Positions 1-9,738 of a DNA stretch of 64,000 bases are shown here, in pieces. The stretch covers positions 340,171 through 404,170 of the forward strand of contig JAIOOW010000002.1 of NCBI GenBank assembly GCA_021414205.1, given 5' to 3'. Within the stretch, counting starts at the first letter, position 1. Every line of letters starts with the position of its first letter. The notes under the pieces were generated by a model. That model ran no database searches, was not told the DNA's origin, and was given only the letters and a program-made list of their open reading frames with translations. A program made the position numbers and the translations under genes. Source of the DNA: Candidatus Anderseniibacteriota bacterium (GTDB lineage Bacteria; Patescibacteriota; Andersenbacteria; UBA10190).

Positions 1-302
1 AAACAACAGCTTCACAATCCCCCAAGCAACAAGCCCATATACCAGCATTGCCAGAATTGTCGTCCATTCAAAGATGCTTCCAGCAATCTTCGTTATATGG
101 AACACGCTTAAAAACGGTGCCGTAAATACATATGTCACCCCATAAATAAAGCTGGTAAACCCTGCTCCTGGGTTTGCGCCCGTAAGCTTAAGCAAAAACC
201 TAAACATCAACAATATTTCAAGCAATCCTAAAATGTACCACACGATTTGCGTGCCTCTATAAAGAGGTTTTGTACTATTAGAAGTATATGATGAGTCCAT
301 AT
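1..302 (-). CDS. Partial (3'-truncated by window edge) small membrane protein, possibly YggT-like
   Basis: Own translation of the reverse strand from ATG at 300-302: MDSSYTSNSTKPLYRGTQIVWYILGLLEILLMFRFLLKLTGANPGAGFTSFIYGVTYVFTAPFLSVF... Two hydrophobic helices. No stop before the window start. Confidence 0.3.
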
Positions 303-371
303 GATTTGGTTGTAAAAAGCTAAATTAGCCTATCTACGTAAACCCTACTCTTGTTGCTGGCAATCTCCTAA

Positions 372-764
372 TTACTCACTTGTCTTTCCATCAAAATGCT
401 CCGTATCCAATTCAGCCTCAGCCTTAGTTGCATGAACAACGCCATCTTTATGATGAGGCGGCATATACAACGTATATAACTTCATCGACCCCTTATCAGA
501 ATTTATAATATTATGCTTTACTCCAGCAGGAACAATAATAACGCTGCCGTCTGTAAGATCGTGAGATATGTCGTTGAGCACTGCAACGCCTGAGCCTTTC
601 TCTACGCGTAAAAATTGATCTACATCATGAACCTCTTCCCCTATATCTTCTCCGGGCAATAACGACATCAATACCAGCTGGCTATTCGTATCCGTATACA
701 GCACTTTTCTAAAATTATCGTTTTCAAGCGAAACTTTCTCTATATTTGTAACATATCCGTTCAT
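372..764 (-). CDS. Cupin-domain protein
   Basis: 130 aa with conserved His/Glu beta-barrel pattern (GEEVHDVDQFLRVEKGSG...VIIVPAGVKHNIIN) typical of small cupins. Confidence 0.5.
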   Translation of the reverse strand: MNGYVTNIEKVSLENDNFRKVLYTDTNSQLVLMSLLPGEDIGEEVHDVDQFLRVEKGSGVAVLNDISHDLTDGSVIIVPAGVKHNIINSDKGSMKLYTLYMPPHHKDGVVHATKAEAELDTEHFDGKTSE

Positions 765-803
765 ATGAATACTGTACCAATAATAAAAGGTGAGCGACAG
801 TCT

Positions 804-1334
804 TTATTTTTCCTTTATCTTTGTACTAATGTAGAGATGCGTAATAAGAACTCCAACAACAATCCCTGAGACAAGAAAAGCAAGCTCGCGCCTCATGAGC
901 ACTTGGTGATCGATTCGTTCGCGTGCTTGCACTAAGAATCCCGTTTCTTGTTGCATGCCGCTAGCATCAGTAAAGTGCAGATCTATATCAAAATAATTTT
1001 CTCGAGAAAACGCATATGAAAAATCCAGCACTCCGTTTACATCCGTCGTTGCCTGGGCGCTATATATAATTGTATCTTTCGACTCATCCCCTAAAAACGT
1101 ATCCGTCACAGTAACTTCTACAGGAAGATTACTTAATGGCGCATCGGTCTTACTATTCGTAAATACAAACGGTAAATGAACTTGCTCGCCGACAAACGGG
1201 GATAATGGCGTTTGATTCAAAAATATTATCGTGTCTCCGACAACCTTTTCTACTCCACCATGGGCAAATGCGCTAATAGGTCCGGCAAAAATACCGGCGC
1301 ATACCAGAGCAATAAAAAGATTGCGCCTATTCAC
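804..1334 (-). CDS. Secreted hypothetical protein (N-terminal signal peptide)
   Basis: MNRRNLFIALVCAGIFAGPISAFA signal-like N-terminus; beta-rich body. Confidence 0.4.
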   Translation of the reverse strand: MNRRNLFIALVCAGIFAGPISAFAHGGVEKVVGDTIIFLNQTPLSPFVGEQVHLPFVFTNSKTDAPLSNLPVEVTVTDTFLGDESKDTIIYSAQATTDVNGVLDFSYAFSRENYFDIDLHFTDASGMQQETGFLVQARERIDHQVLMRRELAFLVSGIVVGVLITHLYISTKIKEK

Positions 1335-1337
1335 GAT

Positions 1338-1562
1338 TTATTTTACGAAATGGCTTATTGCAACACCGATGAAGTATGGCCATACAATAATAGCCAGCAC
1401 GCCTTTCCAAAAGGATAGGTGTAAGAAGCCGATTGTAAACAACCAGCCAATAAACCATAACCCGCCCGATGTTGCATGATGATGAGCTTTCATACTCTCG
1501 AGTGTATCCCATTTCCAAATACCTGCCAATATAATCAATAAATATTGGTATACTAGGAACAT
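1338..1562 (-). CDS. Small membrane protein
   Basis: Hydrophobic 2-TM ORF. Start moved to the internal Met (MFLVYQYLL...) to avoid a 47-nt divergent overlap with the plus-strand neighbour. Confidence 0.3.
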   Translation of the reverse strand: MFLVYQYLLIILAGIWKWDTLESMKAHHHATSGGLWFIGWLFTIGFLHLSFWKGVLAIIVWPYFIGVAISHFVK

Positions 1563-1782
1563 GCACAAACTTCCCGCAGATTTCAAACAGGCAATCGCAT
1601 CCGACAAAGCAGTTCAGGCGTTGTGGAACGACATCACTCCGCTTGCCCGCAATGAATGGATTTGCTGGGTAACCTCCGGTAAGAAAGCAGAAACGCGAGG
1701 TATTCGCATTAAAAAAGGTCTTTCAAAAATGAGGGGCGGTATGCGCCGACCCTGCTGCTGGGTCGGATGCCCGCATCGATAA
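1561..1782 (+). CDS. YdeI/OmpD-associated family protein (DUF1801-like)
   Basis: ALWNDITPLARNEWICWVTSGKKAETRGIRIKKG matches the characteristic motif of the YdeI/OmpD-associated family. Confidence 0.5.
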   Translation: MHKLPADFKQAIASDKAVQALWNDITPLARNEWICWVTSGKKAETRGIRIKKGLSKMRGGMRRPCCWVGCPHR

Positions 1783-1784
1783 TC

Positions 1785-2081
1785 TTAAAAGAGCAAAATC
1801 GTAACGAGTGCTCCAAGGAGCAGCGTAGATGCGATCACGTTTAATACCGACGATATCGTTATTGAAACCAATCCTCGATGGAGTGCGTATACAAGCCACA
1901 CGATACTATTTATCCAGATAATCACGGACGTAATCATGGAAACTCCCGCAACCTGTCCTGTTGTAATGACTTGCAGTGCCTGCGGGAACATCGAGATGCC
2001 CGATAATATCCCATTCGCAAATGCTAGTCGATCGATAAGGTGTGTATGTAACATCGGATTTCTCTTCCCCTCTTTTCTCAT
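1785..2081 (-). CDS. SemiSWEET / PQ-loop family small sugar transporter
   Basis: About 90 aa with 3 predicted TM helices and a PQ motif in TM1 (ISMFPQALQVITTG). An alternative start at Met10 (coordinate 2054) is possible. Confidence 0.45.
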   Translation of the reverse strand: MRKEGKRNPMLHTHLIDRLAFANGILSGISMFPQALQVITTGQVAGVSMITSVIIWINSIVWLVYALHRGLVSITISSVLNVIASTLLLGALVTILLF

Positions 2082-2359
2082 GCCATTATTCTATCATCAA
2101 AAAATCCCGAGTGCACTAAAATTTCCCATAACAAAATCAGATACGAATGAACGATGCTTTTCTGCCTACAACAATTTGCTATATCAATTCCACTTATACA
2201 AGTGTCATGCAAATTTGACACTATAAAACAAAAAAAGCTTGGTCAAAGAAGAAAATAATTGAATGCTTGTACATAAGGAGGTGTGCATCCTTCAAAATAA
2301 AAATTGAAATAAACGTGAATACCTCTATGCCTCTTATTTAATACATAACACATTACAAT

Positions 2360-2617
2360 ATGAGCAAACGTACAAATTCACATTTCAAAAAAACAACATC
2401 CCAAATAATGCTCCTCCTAAATCATAACGAGTTATCCTTCCGCGAACTCGTATGGAACCTTCGCCAAGATGAGAAAGAAATTTCGCGAGATGTAAAAAAA
2501 CTTGTTGCAGATGGCGTCATCGCACGGAAGTTTCACCATAACGACGTCATGTACACAAGAGTTCACGAAACTCCGATCGTGCACATTCTCCATACGTTAG
2601 AACAACGACTCAGGTAA
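2360..2617 (+). CDS. Small winged-helix DNA-binding protein
   Basis: 85 aa with the helix-turn-helix-like segment LSFRELVWNLRQDEKEISRDVKKLVADGVIARK. Confidence 0.35.
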   Translation: MSKRTNSHFKKTTSQIMLLLNHNELSFRELVWNLRQDEKEISRDVKKLVADGVIARKFHHNDVMYTRVHETPIVHILHTLEQRLR

Positions 2618-2647
2618 TTCATTTAATTCATAACTACATTCCACTCT

Positions 2648-2794
2648 ATGACTATAGGAATCTCAACAATAAGCCCGCTCGCATCACTTATATTCGGAAT
2701 ATTGATTTTACTATTCCCTCAGTTCTTAAATTATTTCGTCGCAATCTATCTGATCATCATTGGATTAGTAGGACTGGGAATATTCGGTGTATAA
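2648..2794 (+). CDS. Small membrane protein (DUF3096-like, 48 aa)
   Basis: Own translation, below the ORF-track length cutoff: MTIGISTISPLASLIFGILILLFPQFLNYFVAIYLIIIGLVGLGIFGV*. Confidence 0.3.
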   Translation: MTIGISTISPLASLIFGILILLFPQFLNYFVAIYLIIIGLVGLGIFGV

Positions 2795-2807
2795 CCCTTG
2801 CTCACCC

Positions 2808-3062
2808 CTATTTGCTAAACAGGTTTGATATTTTTAACTTCGCAACTCCAAACAGGTAAACTATTTCAAGAACTCCGAGCGTGTTTACAACCATAAATAT
2901 CACAAACCACCACTGCTGGCCTTTTCGCGCAGAATGCCACAGAGCAAGGCCTTTCCAAAAAATACTCCAAAATACTGCTACTACAGCAAGGCTGCCAAAC
3001 AGTGCGGGCAACCCTGACCCTAACCCAAGAGAAGAAACGTCAATCATACGTGTAACATACAT
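2808..3062 (-). CDS. Small membrane protein
   Basis: 84 aa with 2 TM helices and the WKGLALWHSARKGQQWWFV motif, which I recall from small membrane proteins of CPR genomes. Confidence 0.4.
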   Translation of the reverse strand: MYVTRMIDVSSLGLGSGLPALFGSLAVVAVFWSIFWKGLALWHSARKGQQWWFVIFMVVNTLGVLEIVYLFGVAKLKISNLFSK

Positions 3063-3110
3063 CCCAATGACGATTTCGACTATGGGTATAGTGCGTGATA
3101 AGATACCACT

Positions 3111-3713
3111 ATGAGAAAGATAGTTGTCTTTATGATGATCAGCCTGGACGGAGTCATGCAGGCTCCGGGCGCGCCAGACGAGGATATCTCAGGAAACTTT
3201 CAGTATGGCGGCTGGACGGCACCATATTCCGATGAATCATTCGGCGACATACTCAAGCAAGAATTAAGCGTGTCGTTTGATTTGTTGCTCGGGAAAAAAA
3301 CGTATGAGATATTCGCTGCATATTGGCCTAAGCAAACAGGCTTCATAGCTGACCCATTCAATGCAGCAAAAAAATACGTTGTATCAGATGAACCAATGGA
3401 ACTCACCTGGGAAAAATCAATCCTTATTCATGATGATGTGATTGCAAATATACAAGCATTAAAACAAGAGGATGGTCCTACATTTCACGTGTGGGGAAGC
3501 AGCGTACTCAACCAAACCCTTTTACAGAACGACCTAGTTGACGAACTACGACTACGTATATACCCCGTTACAATCGGAAGCGGAAAGCGTTTCTTTGGAG
3601 AAGGAACAATCCCTGCCGCGTTTGAATTGATCAACTCCCAAGCGTTACCGAGTGGCGTCATCCTCGCCAACTATAAACGAGCTGGCGAACTTACAACGGG
3701 TTCAGTTATTTAA
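3111..3713 (+). CDS. Dihydrofolate reductase family protein (RibD C-terminal domain)
   Basis: The N-terminus MRKIVVFMMISLDGVMQAPG and overall length are typical of the RibD_C/DHFR-like family. Confidence 0.7.
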   Translation: MRKIVVFMMISLDGVMQAPGAPDEDISGNFQYGGWTAPYSDESFGDILKQELSVSFDLLLGKKTYEIFAAYWPKQTGFIADPFNAAKKYVVSDEPMELTWEKSILIHDDVIANIQALKQEDGPTFHVWGSSVLNQTLLQNDLVDELRLRIYPVTIGSGKRFFGEGTIPAAFELINSQALPSGVILANYKRAGELTTGSVI

Positions 3714-3719
3714 ATGCAA

Positions 3720-4172
3720 TTACGCGAAGAAGCTTGCAAGTAGCGCAATAAGGAGAATACTTACCAAATTCGAAAGACTATCTGAAAAGAATTTCTTCCA
3801 TGCGATTTTCGGATCGCAATTGCTCCACAAAATCCCCTGGCCAATAATTGGCACCATAAATGCCAGCCAATTAAATACTACGAAGCTAATCGCCATGGAT
3901 ACTGGCACGCGATTTTGAATGCTCAAGGAAACCACAAATACTACCGCAAACGAAGTTAAAAGCGATAATCCAATTTGCCCTGCATACATCTTCGGCATCA
4001 TAGGCTTTGCCTCGATCATTTTCTTTTTCTTTTCCTCTTCGGAAAGCTTGTCGAATCCAAGATACTGCATGTGGATTTTCCCCATTGGAGTTGCATTGGA
4101 ATACCACAACGTGCCAACTACGGCATACACTACTGCACCAACAAGCGAAAGAATAAGTAAAGTAATAATCAT
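3720..4172 (-). CDS. DUF1761-like membrane protein
   Basis: 150 aa with 4 TM helices and a lysine-rich loop (EEEKKKKMIEAKP). Confidence 0.4.
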   Translation of the reverse strand: MIITLLILSLVGAVVYAVVGTLWYSNATPMGKIHMQYLGFDKLSEEEKKKKMIEAKPMMPKMYAGQIGLSLLTSFAVVFVVSLSIQNRVPVSMAISFVVFNWLAFMVPIIGQGILWSNCDPKIAWKKFFSDSLSNLVSILLIALLASFFA

Positions 4173-4296
4173 AAATAACAGTTATATATAATATTTTTAC
4201 TATACACCGAATGCCCTTTGCGGCTATATAAAAACCCCACAAGCAGTGCGCGCCTATGGGGCAGAATAAATACCAATGCGTTTACGAAGCAAGGCC

Positions 4297-4671
4297 CTAT
4301 CCAAACAGGACGTGGGTGTAGTGCGGCGGAAAATCATGCGGCAAGTGAAGAGATTGTCGCAGCGGCTGATACAGACTATCCCATACCATCCTGCCACACA
4401 CACTATCGAACGTTTCATAGCCAGCGCACTCAGTCATAGGTTTTGTCTTGAAATAGAAACGGTCGTAAATGCGATCCATAATTTCTTTATTTGCGGCGAC
4501 AAACCGTTCCGCAGTCAGCCAGTCAAGCATTGCTCGATCGTGATGAGAAGACGAAACACATTCATAGAGAACTTGCGCAAGCTTTCTGATGCAAAATTCA
4601 CGCACTTCTTCATAGGATCGCATGCCACACTCCTTCGCTTTGAGAAAAGGGCTCCAGTAAATACCTCTCAT
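4297..4671 (-). CDS. Hypothetical protein
   Basis: The ORF has normal codon composition; the start may be the internal Met at 4622. No family recognised. Confidence 0.3.
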   Translation of the reverse strand: MRGIYWSPFLKAKECGMRSYEEVREFCIRKLAQVLYECVSSSHHDRAMLDWLTAERFVAANKEIMDRIYDRFYFKTKPMTECAGYETFDSVCGRMVWDSLYQPLRQSLHLPHDFPPHYTHVLFG

Positions 4672-4741
4672 ATTGTTCTATCCAAGAATGAAAATGTCAA
4701 CCAGTAGCTAAAGCTACGCACCACTTGACGCAAAAGGATAT

Positions 4742-5821
4742 ATGGGATATATTGCAACCCTGTACATTTCACCCCTCTATACGTTCGGAGAACAAAAGAT
4801 GGAACACCACGCAGAACATCCGGTTTTTGGCAAGTGCCAAGTTACCGGGGTCAAAGAGTACGTACAGCGTGCTTTGCCAGAATTTTGCCAGCGACTCGGT
4901 TTGAATTCCACAACCTCCAAGACACTTGAAAGCCTTGGATGCGCAAGCCTGCAAGCAGCTGCCGCAATGATCGAAACTTCCTGCATGTTAGGAGAAGTTG
5001 CGCCACTCAAAGAGTCTCGAGAATTCTGGCTAAAGCTTGGCCAAGTCCTCGTCGGACACGGCAGCATGCTTGTCGGAGAAGATTACCTGCAAGCAGCAAT
5101 GAACCACTTGCAAAGCGGTGGCAACGTCTTGCTTATCCAGAATCACCGTTCTGGAGCAGACACGCTACTAATGGAAGCGTTAGTGAATCAGTATTTTGGA
5201 TACGACGCTACGGCTGACTGGGCCTACATGTCCGGACACGCCGTCAACCTCTTCCTCTTGCCGCTCATGTTTACAGCAGCAGTTCGAAGATTCCAGATTT
5301 TTTCTGCAAAGTACCAATCGACCGGCCTGCCTGGCATGGCAGATGCAACAACCATGGGCATTCAAAACGTCAAAGCCCTTACAAGTCTTTCCCGATACTG
5401 CCGCCAAGGAGGCAAGCTAGTTGGGCTATATCCAGAAGGCGGTCGCGGAGAGACGTGCATGAAGCGAGGCGAAAGCAAAACGTCTTGCATTTTCAAGCTG
5501 ATGGCTCACAACAGCACGTCACTCCTCATCTTGCCAACATACGTTGATGGGTCGGCAAGCATTCTTCCCGTAGTGCGTGGAAGCAATGAATATAATGAGG
5601 TATTCATGCACGCTCGGGTTGGAACTGGTACGCTCTCGATCGGTAAACCCATACCTTGGGAAGCACTGGAACAGGCTGCGAAGGAGATGTCCGACAGGCT
5701 CAATCAGCCATGCGAGCAATCTATTTGCGATGCAGGGTTGGCGCTTGTAGCTCAACTTGCTCCCAATGCCGAACAACGGGGACCATACGAAACAATTCGT
5801 TTCTCACGGCCTCCAGCATAA
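4742..5821 (+). CDS. Lysophospholipid/glycerol-phosphate acyltransferase (PlsC-like) family protein
   Basis: HX4D motif (IQNHRSGADTL) and motif III (YPEGGRGE) of the LPLAT superfamily. Confidence 0.5.
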   Translation: MGYIATLYISPLYTFGEQKMEHHAEHPVFGKCQVTGVKEYVQRALPEFCQRLGLNSTTSKTLESLGCASLQAAAAMIETSCMLGEVAPLKESREFWLKLGQVLVGHGSMLVGEDYLQAAMNHLQSGGNVLLIQNHRSGADTLLMEALVNQYFGYDATADWAYMSGHAVNLFLLPLMFTAAVRRFQIFSAKYQSTGLPGMADATTMGIQNVKALTSLSRYCRQGGKLVGLYPEGGRGETCMKRGESKTSCIFKLMAHNSTSLLILPTYVDGSASILPVVRGSNEYNEVFMHARVGTGTLSIGKPIPWEALEQAAKEMSDRLNQPCEQSICDAGLALVAQLAPNAEQRGPYETIRFSRPPA

Positions 5822-5839
5822 CTACCTCAGGAGAAAAGC

Positions 5840-6457
5840 ATGAGAGTTATCGGTCTTACTGCTCCAGTGCAAACTGGAAAGATTCAGCTTACTCATGTGT
5901 TCAAAAACCATGGATATCGTTTTGTGGATCTGAACGATTTCATCTACGACGACCGGCGCGCTGGAAGCGCCAAGTACGATTACTACCAACGTCGCTGGCC
6001 AGGCTGCCTCGATGAGGAAGGAGTCGAAACGGGCAGGTTCTACCAAACGCTGGATCGCGCGACGTTTCAAGATCTTCTCAATGCCGACATGGCAATGGTA
6101 ACGCTCCACACGTTGGAAGAAATCGAGAAAGCGCGAAGAGAGGGAGTAGACGTAGTGCTCAGCTGGGAATATCTTGCGAGAATCTCCCAGCACTTGAGCA
6201 TTGATCAACTCCTCATCTTTCAATCAGATAACACTATCTGGCTTGATCGGCTCAAAAAGCGCGCAACTGAGCTCGGATGGAGCACCATTCCTACGGACGA
6301 TCAGCTTTGGGCCATCATCGACATGCTCGATGTGCGTCCCGAGACGATCAATCAAGAATGTATCCGCACCTTTTCTCCAAAACAGATATCGCGCATAGAC
6401 GTGAGCCCTGATGACTGGGGCGCATGCAATCTTGCAACCCTGCTCAGATCGCTCTAA
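5840..6457 (+). CDS. Dephospho-CoA-kinase-like protein with degenerate P-loop
   Basis: VIGLTAPVQTGKIQL parallels the CoaE N-terminus (IGLTGGIGSGKST), but the Walker A is degenerate. Confidence 0.3.
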   Translation: MRVIGLTAPVQTGKIQLTHVFKNHGYRFVDLNDFIYDDRRAGSAKYDYYQRRWPGCLDEEGVETGRFYQTLDRATFQDLLNADMAMVTLHTLEEIEKARREGVDVVLSWEYLARISQHLSIDQLLIFQSDNTIWLDRLKKRATELGWSTIPTDDQLWAIIDMLDVRPETINQECIRTFSPKQISRIDVSPDDWGACNLATLLRSL

Positions 6458-6586
6458 GCAACGTATCGCCGCCCTCCTGGTTTTTCCGGGAGGCGTTTTT
6501 ATTTATTCAAACAAGCGCGAGAGATACGTACTACTCGCAAAAAACTCCCGCTTCAAGCAATTGGCTTGTAACGCGACTATATCCCA

Positions 6587-6988
6587 TTACTTCCAAAGTA
6601 CTTTAGTGCGAAGCCAACCACCAAGAACCACGGCAGGGATAGCAGTAACAGCAATCATTATCGGATACCAATGTGCCGACAGGTTCCACCCACCAATCAC
6701 TCCGGCGATACCTCCAAGCTGCCCGATACCTGCAAGTACCCACACATGCTTCATCTTACTATTTGGCGCGATCAAAGCGGTGATATACCCGCCTAAAACC
6801 GTATAAATAATTCGATACACAAGCGCGAATACGAGCATTCCCGTAGTTAATGCTAGAGGGAAAATGCCAGTATATTCCACAAGCGTATCGGTACCAGTAG
6901 AAAGCACCACGACAACGATAAACCCCACTACGACGGCTCCAATACTTTTTAAGATATTCATACAAATAGCATACCCCACGCAATGCAT
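6587..6988 (-). CDS. Membrane protein (4 TM)
   Basis: Hydrophobic ORF; probable start at MNILKS (coordinate 6961). Confidence 0.4.
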   Translation of the reverse strand: MHCVGYAICMNILKSIGAVVVGFIVVVVLSTGTDTLVEYTGIFPLALTTGMLVFALVYRIIYTVLGGYITALIAPNSKMKHVWVLAGIGQLGGIAGVIGGWNLSAHWYPIMIAVTAIPAVVLGGWLRTKVLWK

Positions 6989-7009
6989 AGAGTTAAATAC
7001 TGAGTTCTT

Positions 7010-7465
7010 TTAATCCAAATTCCCCGACACTTCAAGAGCACTCAGAACAGATTCGCTCCATTTTTTTACATTATCCACGTATGCACCCAAACCACCCCTT
7101 ACGACGTCTGACGCAAGAATAGTCCAATCCGGCTTTACGGGATACGCACCTCGATCTTCTGCCGTACCCGTAATTTTCCAATCGCGAACATCCGATGCAA
7201 GGCTCTCTTTATGTAATTCATCATGCTCTCGAAAAGAGCTCGGATTACGAACAAACTCTTGAAGGGAAACTTTCGCGTTTTCTAATCCTTTTCGCGAATA
7301 CAAACTTGGGTGTTGCAGATTATAAGCAAGCACGGTGAGATGATGAATTTTGCCAACGCCATTAAAATCTTCAAAATCCCATGTAATCATCTCGTGTAAG
7401 TAGTCACGGCACTCCTTGCCATCGTCAAGAGGCGCCCCGCATTCAACACATTGCACTATATCCAT
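7010..7465 (-). CDS. Hypothetical protein with N-terminal CxxC zinc-ribbon-like motif
   Basis: MDIVQCVECGAPLDDGKEC at the N-terminus; the rest is soluble. Confidence 0.4.
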   Translation of the reverse strand: MDIVQCVECGAPLDDGKECRDYLHEMITWDFEDFNGVGKIHHLTVLAYNLQHPSLYSRKGLENAKVSLQEFVRNPSSFREHDELHKESLASDVRDWKITGTAEDRGAYPVKPDWTILASDVVRGGLGAYVDNVKKWSESVLSALEVSGNLD

Positions 7466-7489
7466 ACAGAATATGGTAGCACAGGGGAT

Positions 7490-7918
7490 TTACCGCAACT
7501 TCTTCTCCCAAGCCCCTAATTGCTCGCTCAATTCACCCAATTTCTTCTGCTCTGGTGAAGTAAAGTATTCCTCTGAAAGCTCCTCGAGCCGCTTCATGCT
7601 TTCATCGAGATACGTCTGACCCCCTTTTGCAAGCGCAACAAGACTCACTCGAGCATCTCCTTTGTTTGGCAAACGCTTCACCAAACCAATTTTCTCCATT
7701 GGAAGAAGCAGCCGCGTAATACCTGATGCTGTGAGACCCACCTTTCCAGCAAGATCTATTCGACGCATTTTCTGCTCCGTTGCTTCGCTCAAATGACGCA
7801 GAATTATAAACTCTTGGAAACTAATTCCCCCTAAACTAGAATCAAGTCGCCTGCGCAACACTGCCTCTACTCGCACGAGTTCCATAAAAAATTCTACTGC
7901 TCCGCTTATTGTCTTCAT
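7490..7918 (-). CDS. MarR family transcriptional regulator
   Basis: Winged-helix core LRHLSEATEQKMRRIDLAGKVGLTASGITRLLLPMEKIGLVKRLPNKGDARVSLVALAKGG. Confidence 0.7.
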   Translation of the reverse strand: MKTISGAVEFFMELVRVEAVLRRRLDSSLGGISFQEFIILRHLSEATEQKMRRIDLAGKVGLTASGITRLLLPMEKIGLVKRLPNKGDARVSLVALAKGGQTYLDESMKRLEELSEEYFTSPEQKKLGELSEQLGAWEKKLR

Positions 7919-7934
7919 AAGTACTTATAATATA

Positions 7935-7954
7935 TTAGTTGATTAATCAAGTAT
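7935..7954. promoter_or_regulatory. Near-palindromic candidate MarR operator in the divergent promoter region
   Basis: ttagttgattaatcaagtat is a near-perfect inverted repeat. It lies between marR (-) and the DHFR-like gene (+). Confidence 0.25.
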
Positions 7955-8016
7955 ATTGCAAATAATAAGTAGTGTCAAGAAGAACAACCAGCCCCTGTGA
8001 TACAATGTAAGTCATT

Positions 8017-8574
8017 ATGCGAACGCTCTACTTATTTATGATGATATCCCTAGATGGATACTTCGAAGGAAAAAACCATGACCTCTCTTGGCACAATGCG
8101 AATAATGAGGAATTTCAAAATTTTGTAGCCAAACAAAATGCCACTATCGACACCATTCTTATGGGAAAAACTACGTACGAAATGATGCGAGATTTTTGGC
8201 CTAGCGAAGATGCACAAACTACCGATCCCCTTACTGCAGAGTTTATGAGTACAACAAAAAAATATGTATTCTCTCATGAGCCGTACGAACCGAAATGGGA
8301 AAATGCAGAAACAATACATGAAGATATCAATGTTCGCGTACAAGCCCTAAAAGAAGAGCCCGGCAAAGATATCGCTATTTTTGGAAGCAATATACTCGCA
8401 GTCTCTTTAATGGAAGCGGGGCTCGTAGACGAATTTCGTATCATGATAAATCCAATCGCAATAGGCGCGGGTACTCCACTATTTCACGGAATCACCAAAC
8501 CACTACAGCTTAGCCTTACCGCAACAACTCAGTTTCAATCCGGAAATGTATTGACAATATACAAGAATACGTAA
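8017..8574 (+). CDS. Dihydrofolate reductase family protein (RibD C-terminal domain), second paralog
   Basis: MRTLYLFMMISLDGYFEGKNHDLSWH; paralogous to the gene at 3111-3713. Confidence 0.7.
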   Translation: MRTLYLFMMISLDGYFEGKNHDLSWHNANNEEFQNFVAKQNATIDTILMGKTTYEMMRDFWPSEDAQTTDPLTAEFMSTTKKYVFSHEPYEPKWENAETIHEDINVRVQALKEEPGKDIAIFGSNILAVSLMEAGLVDEFRIMINPIAIGAGTPLFHGITKPLQLSLTATTQFQSGNVLTIYKNT

Positions 8575-8591
8575 AGCCTCTTGATATCGCT

Positions 8592-8897
8592 TTAGATAAC
8601 CTTAGAAATCAGTAGCACTAATACAACTGCAGTAAAAATTGCGAAAATACCAATCGTACGAACAAAAAGATTTACTGCCTCTTTTTTCTTTCCTTCCATG
8701 AACAGTAGAAGCGGCTGATACAAAAAAAGGTATGACATTACAGCAGCAGAAAGAGTAAGTAGCGACAGGAATGCAACGGGTGCGCCAATCGTATCCGGCG
8801 TATCTTTAAGTTTTTGTGATAAGAAATTAATAACACCAACAACAAGAACGATGTACCCCGCGGCGCTTAGCGCATTAATAAGAGGTTTTTTGAACAT
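8592..8897 (-). CDS. Small membrane protein (3 TM)
   Basis: Hydrophobic 101-aa ORF. Confidence 0.4.
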   Translation of the reverse strand: MFKKPLINALSAAGYIVLVVGVINFLSQKLKDTPDTIGAPVAFLSLLTLSAAVMSYLFLYQPLLLFMEGKKKEAVNLFVRTIGIFAIFTAVVLVLLISKVI

Positions 8898-8904
8898 AGA
8901 GTAA

Positions 8905-9333
8905 TTATATGCCTAAAGAACATTCGATGATCCACTCAATACCATACTTATCTCTGAACATACCGGCATACGTACCCCACGGACTCTCCCCCATAGCCCC
9001 TTCTACATTTCCTCCGGCAGAAAGACCATTAAATAATCTATCCGCCTCTTCTTTGCTGTCAGTGCTTATTAAAATTTTACTCCTGTTCTCGTTTTCATTT
9101 ACTTTCCCCATCACCTCCGGGACATCGTTTGCAATCAATACGCTTCCCTCACTAATGGGCAATGCAATATACATAATTTTATTCTCTTCTTTTTCTGGCA
9201 CCGGAAATTCAGCGCTCGCCAGATCTTTGAACCGGATAATTTTTGTAAACTCACCGCCAAAGACTGATTTATAAAATGTAAACGCTTCTTCGGCATTGCC
9301 GTTAAAATTAATCCAAGGGTTTATTGTTGTCAT
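8905..9333 (-). CDS. VOC family protein (PhnB-like glyoxalase/bleomycin-resistance fold)
   Basis: NPWINFNGNAEEAFTFYKSVFGGE at the N-terminus is characteristic of PhnB-like VOC proteins. Confidence 0.65.
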   Translation of the reverse strand: MTTINPWINFNGNAEEAFTFYKSVFGGEFTKIIRFKDLASAEFPVPEKEENKIMYIALPISEGSVLIANDVPEVMGKVNENENRSKILISTDSKEEADRLFNGLSAGGNVEGAMGESPWGTYAGMFRDKYGIEWIIECSLGI

Positions 9334-9399
9334 ACGCCCATACTATCAAATGAACTTCATTTAATAAAGCGTTCCGGATCACTAATTTGATACAATTAA

Positions 9400-9609
9400 T
9401 TAAATCTCAGGAGCAGCTTCCCATTTAGGCTTCATCTCTGCACCCCATTTTTGCGAATCCGCTGCATGCATCTTCTCCATGTCTTTTGCAACATCAGGGT
9501 GGTTTTCCATTACATGAGTCGTCATTTTGCCAACCATTTCATCCCACGACTGAGCTGTTAACTCCTTGTCACAAGTTCCTCCCAACTCTTTACAAATCAT
9601 TTTTTTCAT
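9400..9609 (-). CDS. DUF1059 family small protein
   Basis: MKKMICKELGGTCDKELTAQSWDEMVGKMTTHVMENHPDVA matches the DUF1059 pattern (MxxxxCxDxGxxCD). Start taken at the internal Met. Confidence 0.5.
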   Translation of the reverse strand: MKKMICKELGGTCDKELTAQSWDEMVGKMTTHVMENHPDVAKDMEKMHAADSQKWGAEMKPKWEAAPEI

Positions 9610-9738
9610 ACCAAGTAGTATTAGTGATAATACTTGCACTGTACAAACACAGGAACAAAGACGAAAGGCTTTTCAATAAACCTCAGAAACGTTTCACACC
9701 GCGAAGTGGAGGGGGCAAGAACCTGTTTTTGCTTATGC

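Noticed and set aside
1212-1479. Two plus-strand ORFs overlapping the secreted-protein and membrane-protein genes
   Set aside because: Fully embedded antisense to better-supported minus-strand genes.
6201-6806. Plus-strand ORFs 6201-6398, 6411-6806 and 6424-6606
   Set aside because: They overlap the end of the CoaE-like gene and the antisense of the membrane-protein gene, with low-complexity translations.
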